In this document: positions 48,961 through 60,427 of the stretch, in pieces
Layout of the letters: every line of letters starts with the position of its first letter
Position numbering within the stretch: the first letter of the stretch is position 1
From: Basidiobolus meristosporus CBS 931.73
Lineage: Eukaryota; Fungi; Basidiobolomycota
Assembly (NCBI GenBank): GCA_002104905.1
Contig: MCFE01000541.1
Location: 1-60,427, forward strand
Direction: 5' to 3'
Length of the DNA stretch: 60,427 nucleotides
Made by a program: the position numbers and the translations under genes
The notes under the pieces: generated by a model
What the model was told of the DNA's origin: nothing
Database searches by the model: none
What the model saw: only the letters and a program-made list of their open reading frames with translations

Positions 48961-51575
48961 AATCATCACAATAACTTTCCATAAGGTAGATTGGGCATCT
49001 TGGACTGTTTAGATAGGCTGAATTTAGTATGTAACAATAATTCTAGGTTATTGGCACCTTTGGTAAGATCATCAACATCAAGAGCCAATAGAACTGGATT
49101 CTCTCTATGAGGCTTATAGTGTATAGTATGGCCAACACTACTCTCCTGATAATCAAATATTCCAGATAGGAACTTATCTTGCAATTTGAGGCTCTTAGTG
49201 ATTGTTTGAGACCAGATAGAGATGTTTAAACTTGCAGATCAAATAGGGGCTATTTGGTTCAAGAAACCCAACTGGTTGCTCCATATATATAGTCAAAATC
49301 TCAGAGATATTAGATGTGACTAGGAGAATAAGTAGATAATGTGGTTTTCACTTGATAATATAGTGCATGTAAAAGTATTATTTATACTTTGACATGATCT
49401 TGGCAAAGCATACACATAGAGTATATTTAGGAAGGTCCCAAGAACATGTGTTCAAAGTTAGGGGCTGCTTGAACAATTTTGATAATTTCCATGTTCTGGG
49501 TACCTGGTATTTGGTATTTAGTAAACATATTCTAAATAAACCCCAACAAGGATCTTGGTCAGTATTCTCTTGAACTTGAAGGTAATGATCCAAATAACTA
49601 AGCTAGGGGAATACTTAAGTGGAAATACAAATTTTTAGAACACTCCAACTCAACTAAATGCTCACACTGACTAGTTCAAATTTACCCAAATTATTCAAGG
49701 TTGTCTCTGGCTAATGGTATAGTAACTATGTCTCCAATCATGTCACCTGTATCACAGTAGGCTAAGTGAACTAAGTTGTTCTCTATAATTTCATGTACAA
49801 TGTGATGTCTAGTATCTATGTGCTCAGTTCTAGCATAAAAAGTTGGATTTCTACCTGACTGTATACATCCTTGATTACCTGGAAATAGAGTAATAAGCTT
49901 TTTTTGACCTAAGCCTTAATCTTCAAGAAGCTTTCTTAACCACATTGATTTTTTTGTAGTGTTTCATGCCGTCATATTTTCTGCTTCTGTGATAGAATGT
50001 GATATGGCTGATTGCTTTTGTGAATTCCTTGAAGTTGCCCTTTTACATTAAAGAAAGGTGTGTCCTGTGGTGGATCTTCTTTCCTCCAAATTTTGTCCCC
50101 AAACAGCATCAGAGTATCCAACAAGGTCCTGTTCTAAATCCTTATAAGTATATCTTAAGCAGAGATTGGCAGTTTCTTTTAGGTATCCAATTATCCAAGT
50201 AACTGCTGCAGTATGATCAAATCCACAGTTCTGATTATTCTGGCTGACAACTCCCACTGAATATGAGATATCTGGACATGTTCCAAGCATGCTATGCATC
50301 AGACTGTCAACCATATATTGATAAGGAAATCCAGGGCTTTCAGATGGCACCAAGCTCTCTTGATTTGGTTGAGTTTTTACCAAGTTAAGGTTTGTCTCCA
50401 TTTGTTATGAATAGACACAAGGCAGGAGAGTAGGGTTAGGCAAGGCAGGACCAGGAAAGGACTTAGGTGTGGATCAACAAGGCAAGGCATGTTTCCAAGG
50501 CAAGGCTGTTTATTGAAGACCTGTGTTTATCAGACTGAGAAATACATAAGGGGGGATAGGACTATATATACTTTTTGGCAATATGGATGCCAAGAAATAT
50601 TGGCTAATACTGATGGGGTTCTGGGGTGAGGCAGAGTAAGTGTGCCAAGATAGAGTACACTAAAGAACAAACTAGAATATCACAAAGGGATATGTCAGGG
50701 GCTGGCTGATCATGTGACCAGGTCATATGACAAGTAATTACTATATAGGGTATGGGACTACATAAATTCCCTCAGAAAGCCTCCATATAATGTTCCATTG
50801 TGTAACATTGACTTGGAGCTTTCAAGAAGTTGCTAGAATGTAGTAGAACTTTCTAGAAGGAACTTGAATTTCTTTGTTGACTTGATTTAGCTTGATAATT
50901 GGGGGCCAGGGATGACATGGGATCATGACACAATTGGGGTGGCTGCCACTTTACAGTCTTCCATATGGTACCTCTGTAGTATTTTGAATATACCTGGATT
51001 GGCTTGGGGTCATGGTCTGAGTACTTCTATCTGTGAAGATCTTTGTCCCTACATAGCAATCAAGTTCTCCTGGATAGGATATCTTGAACTCTTTAGATTG
51101 GTTGGATTTAATCACTTCCAATTTTTGAGGCTATTGGTGGCTATAATAACATCATCCACATATTGAGCTAATAGAGCTGGAGTTGCTCTATCTGGCTTAT
51201 AGTATATACTATAGTCAGCATTACTCCTTTTGAAACTCAAAGATTGCAAATATGAATTGATTTTGCAATTCCAGGCTCTTGGTGATTATTTTAGTCCACA
51301 GAGACCTTTTAAGGTTGCAACCAAATGGGGGTTATCTTGGTCAGCAAACCCATCAGGCAGGTCTATATATATGTCCTTCTCACCTTCTCCATTCTAAAAT
51401 GCAGCTTTTACATTCAATTGATGTTTAAAAACTTATATTTGGCTGCAATAGCCAATATCAATCAGATGGAATTAAACTAGGCTACTGGTGCAAAGATCTC
51501 AGTGTAGTTAAGTCTTTTTGTTTGAGAGTGTCCTTTGGCCACAAGTCTTGCTTTGTATCTTTCAATTGTACCAGT
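48961..51575 (-). mobile_element. Degenerate copia C pieces: RT fragment, LTR ~49289-49642, RNase H/RT
   Basis: MLGTCPDIS, YSDAVWGQ and KARLVAKGHSQ. LTR followed by a decayed PPT. Confidence 0.85.
50403..50930 (-). mobile_element. Solo LTR related to G1 (528 bp)
   Basis: TGTTATG...CATGACA termini, TSD CCATT/CAATT. Removal restores the copia RT sequence. Confidence 0.9.
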
Positions 51576-51599
51576 GTGGTGGTGTACAAGTCCAAGGAA

Positions 51600-51985
51600 G
51601 AGATATGTCCAACACTTCTCAAGTGTTTTGTGTGTGGGGTGTTCACTTGGTACAATAACCTCTGGCAAAAGCTTGCTAGGAATACTGGGGTTCTGTCTCT
51701 AATCTAATGTGAAGGGGAATAAAGCCACAAGCTTGTCAAGGGAAAACTATTGAGCTACAATCTCCAACTTAGTTGGCATCTTAACAAAAGTATGTGCTGG
51801 GTTCAGCGTCCTTTGAGATGACCATGTACAAAGCTTCCAAAGTCAAACAACTGTAAACTCCACCAGCAGGGACTTGACAAGAATACAGCTGTGGTCAATA
51901 GTTACAAAGACAGAAAAGTATCTTTGCCTGTACAAGAACAAACTTGGGAAAGAATCAAATATAATAAAAGATACCTACTCTGAGT
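51600..51985 (-). repeat. G1-like 5' leader remnant
   Basis: Colinear with 20820-21140 (aacaactgtaa.ctccaccagcaggg, aaagtatctttgcc). Confidence 0.65.
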
Positions 51986-52643
51986 ATTCCTCACAAGTAG
52001 TGCCTCCAAGGTCAGTTGGCTGTCAGCACGGTTTCCTGGGAGTGTCCTGTGGTCTGGGGTTAGAAGTTCAGGTGGCAGCAGGTAGCAGTGATCACACTAA
52101 TCAACAAGTCGGTACATTGATAAAAGGGATGATGATTTATTGTTGAGGGATAGCCTCCCTTATATACTTTTCTCACTGGCTAAGTGATTACTAATCATGG
52201 TGTTCCAGAAGGTTCTGGATATTGGTAGAAATTTTAATGACATCAGAGTGACCTAAGAATATTCTAAGTATGTGCTGGAAGGCTCCAAGAGGCACAGCAC
52301 ATCCAACCAATCAGGAATTAGTATTCTGAAGCCTGTGTAACATAGGGATACCATATATGGTATGGAAATGGTAGGGATGGTGGCATGGGTTGATCTTGTG
52401 TCACAGGTACTGGCGCCAGTACTTGCCTAATATAGAAGTACTTAAAGCTAGTAATCTTACATAAAGTGAGGGGTAACTTATGCAATAAGGTTGGTAGGTG
52501 TGATAGTCAACTGACTTATGGGATAGTACTGATTGGGTAAGACAAATGGGATAAAACTAAAATAAGTGTAGTAGAGATATAGGGAAGTAGAAAATAAGGG
52601 AATGAGCACATCCATCAGTGGGTGTCACTGTCACCCCACTACA
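51985..52643 (+). mobile_element. Gypsy G3 3' end and LTR (~52124-52643)
   Basis: Reverse-complement homolog of 41236-41900. Confidence 0.55.
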
Positions 52644-54948
52644 GCGCATTGCTTTGATTTGGTGCAATCTACTTTATATATCTGATTTTCCATGCATTAT
52701 GATTAAATCTCCATCAATTGCCATGTATCCCATCATTATGTTGCAAAATCATCTGCAAACAATAATTTAGTATTTTTATTGATGCTTTACTCACAAGTTC
52801 ATAATCAAATAGGAAATCTGCATTTGATGGGATCCAATCTGTGTCAATGCAATCTAAGATGCATCATGCATAATATATGGAAAACTCAACAATCACATTA
52901 GTATTCATATTTATCTCATATAAAACCAGGATGATGCCAATACACTATTGTATAAGTATCCATATCCTTTGCTATGGTCCCTATACTAAGTCTCAACTCA
53001 TATTTAGTACAACCCAGACAAAACCCATCCCCAGCTCATAAGCATGGTCCAGACTGGGGAAAACAATGTTGGATCTGTTTGAGTTCTTACCAAATGATTT
53101 CAGTATGGCCCAAGTGTATATGATGAGCCTTCATACAGAAATTTGGGCACTACTCATAAATCAAGCAGAACTAGATACCTCAGAAAGTCAACAGCAATGG
53201 AAGAACCTGAGTAGAAAGCTGTGGCATGAGTTCTTCATCAAGATGCCAGCAGATGTATGGAAGAAGATATATAACAAGACAAGTCTTGAAATCAAGAATG
53301 AGCTGCAAGTGGGGGAATATAATGAGGAAGCTGTGCAGGAGCAATTGTGCACGCAATTTGCACAGTACAGGCTGGGAGTGTCTGTTCATGCCTCAACACT
53401 GGGAACCAAACAGATTTTGAATTAGTCTTTGCCTCAAATGACTATGTATTGAGTGATATATTAGTAGAGCTAAGTGGCTTCTGAGAGCAATATACTCAGG
53501 ACTCATCCAGGCAACAGTTCCAAAGTATCAGACAGAGGGTAAGTGAATACCTTGAGGAATCAGAAGGTGAGGTTCAAGAGGAAGAATACAGACCGCAAGC
53601 AACAGCATCTAGATTGTGCCAGCACTCTTTGCTGGATTCCCACCATCCCTTGCAACTTCAGCATACTGGTGCATGTCAGTCCAAACTACACCAACACACT
53701 TCACAAGCATGCCCTCCATTGAGTCAATGCGTGTTGGGCCAAAGTGCACAGTTCTGAGCAAAACCACCAAAACTTATTTAGACACATGTCCATTGGAGTG
53801 GGCCAAATTGCCTCAACAAGTTACATCATATCCAACTCAGCTAAGGGCCATTCCAGCGCATCAAGTTGTGCCTGCATGTGCCATAACACCTCACCATCAG
53901 CAAGCTGCTTCTGGCAAACTGACTTATGATGACCCACATGAAGTGCCTCCACCACCACAGCCTTTGGCAAGTAAAAGAATGTGTGAGCACAAAGCACTGC
54001 AGGCTGGTTTGGTAGCATCATCTGGAGCAATTAAGCACGGCCAAGCTACAGCAATGCACTCATCAACTAGGAGGCAAAATACTGACTACAAACAATCAAG
54101 TAGTCAAGAGGATAGTCAACAAGAAAGTAGTTTAGGTGTGCAAAGTGAATCACTACCAAATGCTTCAGTAGTAATTCATGTGAGGAAAAAACCCAGGGGA
54201 AGACAATGTGGTTGCATTGAATTACTATTATTTGTCATCATCCAAAAACTCAATTTTTTTGCAATCGAACTTGAGCTACTACAAATCAGTGATCACTAAA
54301 TTTTTGATATAAGCAATATCAAGGTTGTTGCACATTTGAGACAGAACCCCTATAACTAAGCACCCTGCATAAATATACATCATTCAATACACCAGTGCAG
54401 CCATTTGATCTGTTTTGTATCTGTTTGATTGGTTGCATGCTTGCCATGAAATCTTGTCCAATCACTAGGATTAGGGATTTACTTGCTCAATGGGCAAAAT
54501 GGGATATTTGATGGCAAATCAGGTAGCTTGTGTATTGGTTAAAGAGCCAATTAGGGGCTGAAAGCTTCAGGATACTTTTGGACCAGTTAATTGCTGAGAT
54601 ACCACCCAATTGGAGTGATGGTAATCAAAATGGTAAGTATCAGTGTAGTTTATAGTGTGACACTCATTTATTTCCATTTACATTAAAGAAACATATCCAA
54701 ATACCGGATTTTACCTACAATACTAGCAGTATACAATTGCGCATGTGATGCAGACATTACAAGTTGGTGCAATTGTCCATGCTAACCTCATTGTGTAAGA
54801 TTGTGCCATAGTTTGAAAGATTGTTGCACATGGTGCAAATTTATCCAAGAGCAATCCTGCCTACTGGTAGCTATACTACTGTGCCTGATCATTCTCAGAG
54901 ATCACAGATTGCACCACATGCTGTAGCACAGTTTAATGGAACCAGTCT
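52644..54948 (+). mobile_element. Truncated PHIS copy 2 (ORF2 and one TIR, transposase absent); strand given for ORF2
   Basis: Reverse-complement homolog of 39976-43090. Ends in TGGAACCAGTCT, matching the TIR. Confidence 0.8.
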
Positions 54949-57263
54949 ATAGGCTAAGTTTGTACCCTGATTAATATAGTAATTTGGGCTATTTCTTGTC
55001 CAGTTGTACTCCAGGCATCTGATACTGGAAGGATTACTTCCAGGATATTCCCAGGCACTGCTTCAGGCTGAACCATGATTGTAGAGTCCTCTGGAATGAA
55101 AAAGCTTTCACTGTTTTGCTCTGATTCAATCCTAAGCATTTGTGGACTTGAGATCAAATATTTGTCATCATCTGATGTCATCATTTGTGAAAAACTTTAA
55201 TCTTCATCAAACAGCATATCCCTGGATGTGTTAGCTGCTTTACTTTGGTATTGTAGAGTCTGTGTGCTTTATGCTCATTGCAGTAGCCCAAAAATATGCA
55301 TTATATACTTTTTGGCTTAAACTTTGACTGATTTCCGGGCAGTTTTTGGCATATGCTGTATACCCAAATATTCTTAGATTTTCTGCACTTGGTCTGTATC
55401 CATACCATGCTTCAAATGGAGTAGAGAGTCTGTGTGCTTTACTCTCATTGCAGTAGCCCAAAAATATGCATTATACACTTTTTGGCTGATACTTTGACTG
55501 ATTTCCGGGCAGTTTTTGGCATATGCTGTACCTCCAAATATATTTATATGTTCTGCACTTGGTGTGTACCCATACCATGCTTCAAGTGGAGTAGAATCAC
55601 AGGGGATTCTGTTATAGCTCCTATTATTGAGGGATACAGCTTTGGCAACTGATTCCATCTAAAAATCATGGGCTAATTTTGGATTACTGTACATAGATCT
55701 TGCCATATTACTTATTGGTCTGTTTGCAAGTAGATTATGTGGCTTTCAATTAATGGTTTATTGAATATAAAAGTAGTATTTATAATCCTACATCATATTG
55801 GCATAAAAAACATGTATAATAGGCTAGGAAGGTCCCCTTGACATAGGTGCAAAGTTTGAGACTGTTTGAATAACTTTGAAAATATTCATGATCAGGGTAC
55901 CTGATATTTTTGTGAGAATAGTGGAAGTAAATCTTGACAAGGAATATGGTGAGTATACTCTAGGATTTGAAGGTAATGATATATATGACTAAGTTAGGTG
56001 AATATTCAGGTGGAATTACAAATTATTACAACAAATCTAAGGGGTAAAGCAAGAGACTACTGTACCATACTCCCCATAGCAAAATAGTGTAGCAGAGCTT
56101 GCAAACTGATCAATAGTTGATATGGCAAGATATATGATCAATGAACTGAAATTATCCTATGATTTATAGGTAGAATCAATTGCCACAACTGTATACCTTA
56201 AAGATTGGAGTTGTAACAGAATACTTTGTGATTCAACTCCATTTGAAGCATGGTATGGATACAGACCAAGTGCAGAATAGCTAAGAATATTTGGGTGTTT
56301 GGCATATGCCAAAAAACTGCTGTAAGAGTCCTAGAAGTATTAGAAGTGATTTGAAGTTCAAGCAGATTATGTGGCTTTCACTCATTAATTTATTGAATTT
56401 AAGAGTAGTATTTATACTTTTACATGGTTTTGGCGTAACAAATATGTGGAACTGGCTCAGGAAGGTCCTAAAAACATGTGTGCAAAGTTGGGGGTGTTTA
56501 GATAACTTTGAGAATTCTCATGTTATGGGTACCTGATACTTTGGTAAGAAGACTTGTGGCCAAATGTTACTCTCAAACAAAAGAACTTGGCTATACTGAA
56601 GCCATTGCACCGGTAGCCAAGTTTAATTCCATCTGATTAATATTGGCTATTGCAGCCAAATATAAGTTTCTTATACATCAAATGGATATAAAAGCTGCAT
56701 TTTTAAAGGAAAAACTTGATGAGGACATGTATATGGACTAGCCTGATGGGTTTGCTGACCAAAATAACTTTCATCTAGTCTACAAGCTTAAATAAGCTTT
56801 ATATTGTCTCAAGCAATCACCAGGAGCCGGGAATTGCAAGATAGATTCTTATTTGGAATCTTTGAATTTCAGAAGAAGTAATGCTGACTATAATAATCCA
56901 GTCTATCTGAAGAGTTCAAGATGTCTGATCAAGGAGAACTTGGTAACCACATAGGAATAAAGCTCTCTATAGACAGATGTACTCCAACTATCATGCCAAG
57001 ACAATCCAAGTATATTCAAGATATACCAAAGAAGTACCAAATGGAAGACTGTAAACCAGCCATTACCCCAATGAAGACACACCTTAACTTGGTTAAAGTA
57101 CAACCAGATCAAGAGAACTTTGTGCCATCTGAAGGCTTTGACTTTGCTGATCAATTTATGTTTGGCAGGCTGATGTATACTATGCTTGGAACATGTCCAG
57201 ATATCTCATATTCAGTGGGAATTTTCAGCCAGCATAATTGGAACTTTGGATCTGAGCATATTG
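54949..57263. mobile_element. Copia C nest: integrase (minus), partial LTRs 55727-56033 and 56318-56550, integrase and RT fragments (plus)
   Basis: TPFEAWYGYRPS, RLVAK and MLGTCPDIS motifs plus LTR blocks. Confidence 0.8.
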
Positions 57264-58396
57264 TGTTGTGGAAGTTTGTATTTCCACCTAAATATTCACC
57301 TAACTTGGTCACTTAGATCATTACATCCAAATCCTAGAGAATTCTAATCAAACTCCTTGTCAGGATTTACTTAGAATATTTTCACCAAAATACCAGGTAC
57401 CCAGAACATGAAAATTCTCAAAGTTATTGAAGCAGCCCCAAACTTTGCACACATGTTCTTGGGAACTTCCTTAACCTATTATATATGTTTGTTATGCCAG
57501 GACCATGTAAAAGTATAAATACTACTCTTACATTCAATAAATCATTAAGTGAAGACCACATAATTCACTTGTTCTCCAAATCACTTCCAATATCTCCAAG
57601 ACTCTTACAACTGTTAATGAGCCCCAAGCTGTCACTCCCTGCAATGTCTACCACTGCTACTACTGGAATTTTTCCCTCTGCTGAAAAGTTGGATATCTAA
57701 CTACCAAGTGTGGAAGGTGAAGATGAAGATCATCCCAACACTTTATACACCAAAAAGAACTTTTTACCCATTATCAAGAAATTCCATTTAAGAAGGTTTT
57801 CATGTGTGACAATAGAACACTTGATGCAGTGGGACAAGGAACTATAGAAGTAAACCTAAGAAGCAGTGAAGGAAGCCATACATTGACTTTCAAAGAAGTA
57901 CTCTATGTACCAGAAATAGCCAAGAACCTACTATCTGTAAGCAAGGCCACTGCAGAAGGACTCAGTTTCAGCTTTGACAATTCTGGATGCAAAGTCACTG
58001 ATCAAAACGGAGTCTATATTGTTTTGGGTATCAGAGATCAGAATCTATACAAATTGATTCATATTCCATCATATCTGGAAACCAACATAAGTAACTAAAA
58101 TGAAGAAATACCAATGCTTTAGCACAGGAGATTTGGGCACATCCATTTTGATTATATGCGCAAAATTATCAAAAATCAGCCAATTTCTGGAATAAAATTG
58201 ATCCCCCAGCTAATTTGGAGCACTGTGAAGCCTGCATATATGGGAAACAAGCTAGACAACTGTTCAACAGCTCTGGGTAAGTCAAGACTAAGAAAAAATT
58301 AGATCTAGCTCACTCAGATCTGTGTGGACCTATGCAAAATTTATCCTTATGCAGGATGAAGTATTTAACCACTTTTATTGATGATTATACAAGATA
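57264..58396 (+). mobile_element. Copia C 5' part: LTR 57264-57612, PBS, gag start, large deletion, protease, integrase start
   Basis: NYQVWKVKMKI is joined directly to SQH..KEVLYVPEIAKNLLSVS, then HSDLCGP..FIDDYTR. Confidence 0.85.
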
Positions 58397-59283
58397 TGTT
58401 GTAAGAGTCTTGGAGATATTGGAAGTGATTGGGAGGACAAGTAGATTATGTGGTTTTCACTTAATGATTTATTGAATGTAAAAGTAGTATTTATACTTTT
58501 ACCTGGTCTTGGCATTACAAACATGTAGAATAGGCTAAGGAAGGTCCCAAGAACATGTGTGCAAAGTTTGGGGCTGTTTGGACAACTTTGAGAATTTTCA
58601 TGTTCTGGGTACCTGGTATTTTGGTAAAAATATTCTAAGTAAGTCCTGACAAGGAATTTGGTCAGTATTCTCTAAGATCTCAGGGTAATGATCTAAGTGA
58701 CTAAGTTAGGTGAATATTTAGGTGGAAATACAAATTTTTACAACCCTCCCACTCAGCTAAATGTTTGTAGTGACTAGTCCAAATTTTGACCTAAGATATT
58801 CAAACTTGTCTCTAGCTAATGGTTTGTTAATATGTCTGCAATTATTTCATCTGTAGGACAGTAAACTAAGTTAACTAAGCTATTCTCTATAGCTTCACAC
58901 ATGAAATGATGTCTGATATCTATGTGCCTGGTTCTAGCATGAAAAGTTGGATTTCTACCTAATTGTGTACATCCTTGATTATCTTGAAATAAAGTAATAG
59001 GCGTTTTTTGACATGGGCCTAAATCTGTAGAAAGCTTTCTTAACCACATTGCTTCTCTTGTAGCTTCACATGCTGTCATGTACTCTGCCTCTGTGGTAGA
59101 AAGTGCTACGGTTGGTTGCTTTCTTGAATTCCATGAAATTGCTCCTTTACAGTAAAGAAAGGTGTATCCTGTGGTGGATCTTCTGTCTTCCAGATTTTGT
59201 CCCCAATCAGCATCAGAGTATCCCACAAGATCCTGTTCTGAATCCTTATAAGTGTATCTGAAGCAGATATCAGCAGTTCCTTT
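58397..59283 (-). mobile_element. Copia C 3' LTR (58397-58745) and RNase H
   Basis: 349-bp LTR, PPT, ORF 58816-59226 with YSDADWG and STTEAEY. Confidence 0.93.
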
Positions 59284-60427
59284 TGTTGTAAGAGTCTTGG
59301 AGATATTGGAAGTGATTTGGAGAACAAGTAGATTATGTGGTTTTCACTTAATGATTTATTGAATGTAAAAGTAGTATTTATATTTTTACATGGTCTTGGC
59401 ATTACAAACACGTAGAATAGGTTAAGGAAGGTCCCAAGAACATGTGTGCAAAGTTTGGGGCTGTTTGGACAACTTTGAGAATTTTATGTTCTGGGTACCT
59501 GGTATTTTGGTGAAAATATTCTAAGTATATCCCGACAAGGAATTTGGTCAGTATTCTCTAGGATTTAAAGGTGATGATCTAAGTGACTAAGTTAGGTGAA
59601 TATTTAGGTGGAAAATACGAATTTTTACAACACTCCCACTCAGCTAAATGTTCATACTGACTAGTCCTAATTTTGACCTAAGATATTCAAACTTCTCTCT
59701 TGCTAATGGTTTGGTAAATATGTTGGCAATCATTTCATCTGTAGGACAGTAAACTAAGCTAACTAAGTTATTCTCTATAGCTTCACGTATGAAATGATGT
59801 CTAATATCTATGTGCTTGGTTCTAGCATGAAAAGTTGGATTTCTACCTAATTGTATACATCCTTGATTATCTTGATATATAGTAATAGGCATTTTTTGAC
59901 ATAGGCCTAAATCTGCAAAGAGCTTTCTTAACCACATTGCTTCTTTTGCAGCTTCACAGGCTGCCATATACTCTGCCTCTGTAGTAGAAAGTGCTACGGT
60001 TGGTTGCTTTCTTGAATTCCATGAAATTGCTCCTTTACAGTAAAGAAAGGTGTATCCTGTAGTGGATCTTCTGTCTTCCAAATTTCGTCCCCAATCAGCA
60101 TCAGAGTATCCCACAAGGTCCTGTTCTGAATCCTTATAAGTGTATCTTAAGCAGATATCAGCAGTTCCTTTTAGGTATCTAAAAATCCGCTTAACTGCTG
60201 CAATATGATCAGATCCATAATTCTGATTATGTTGGCTGACAACTCCCACTGAATATGAGATATCTGGACGTGTTCCAAGCATGATATACATCAGACTGCG
60301 ACCATAGATTGATAAGGAAAGTCAGGCTTTCAGATGGCACCAAGCTCTCTTGATTTGGTTGAGTTTTGACCAAGTTAAGGTTTGTCTCCATTGGGGTGGC
60401 TGCCGGTTTACAGTCTTCCATTTTGTA
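59284..60427 (-). mobile_element. Youngest copia C copy: 3' LTR (59284-59632), intact RNase H end and RT; runs off the window
   Basis: TGTTG...CAACA termini, PPT, open ORF 59644-60291 ending TKPLAREKFEYLRSKLGLVSMNI. Retains CpGs. Confidence 0.95.

Noticed and set aside
160-59632. Recurrent ~350-bp repeats as a CRISPR-like or satellite array
   Set aside because: They have TG..CA ends, PBS and PPT neighbours and adjacent pol, so they are copia LTRs. There is no regular repeat-spacer pattern.
11109-60427. Canonical RIP as the cause of decay
   Set aside because: CpA and TpG are abundant and the substitutions map to CpG codons.

Overview
This is eukaryotic, almost certainly fungal, repeat-dominated DNA. 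The lineage (possibly early-diverging) is an inference from ~60-nt introns, the GATA finger type and chromoviruses. A CpG-retaining host-gene island (~3.3-9.8 kb) holds a spliced GATA zinc-finger transcription factor gene (minus strand, 6008-7332) and two probable genes I could not decode. The rest is a nested transposon graveyard, strongly CpG-depleted. It contains: (i) one Ty1/copia family with a 349-bp LTR, present as ~14 LTR copies or fragments and repeatedly inserted into itself; (ii) several Ty3/gypsy families, including a full-length chromovirus (15102-21730, TSD GAACA) with a Tf1-like self-priming signal and a -1 frameshift signal; (iii) CMC/CACTA-type transposase elements with a divergent second ORF; (iv) a bounded DDE_Tnp_4 (PIF/Harbinger-ISL2EU, 'PHIS') element (39976-44176) with an unrecognised divergent second ORF, a truncated sibling and a 734-bp fold-back derivative. 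The most unusual structures are an LTR whose U3 half is inverted at the TATA box (autointegration-like) and the PHIS element/fold-back pair. Family labels C and G1-G5 are my own. No rRNA, tRNA or CRISPR was seen. Identities are hand estimates; no database searches were run.
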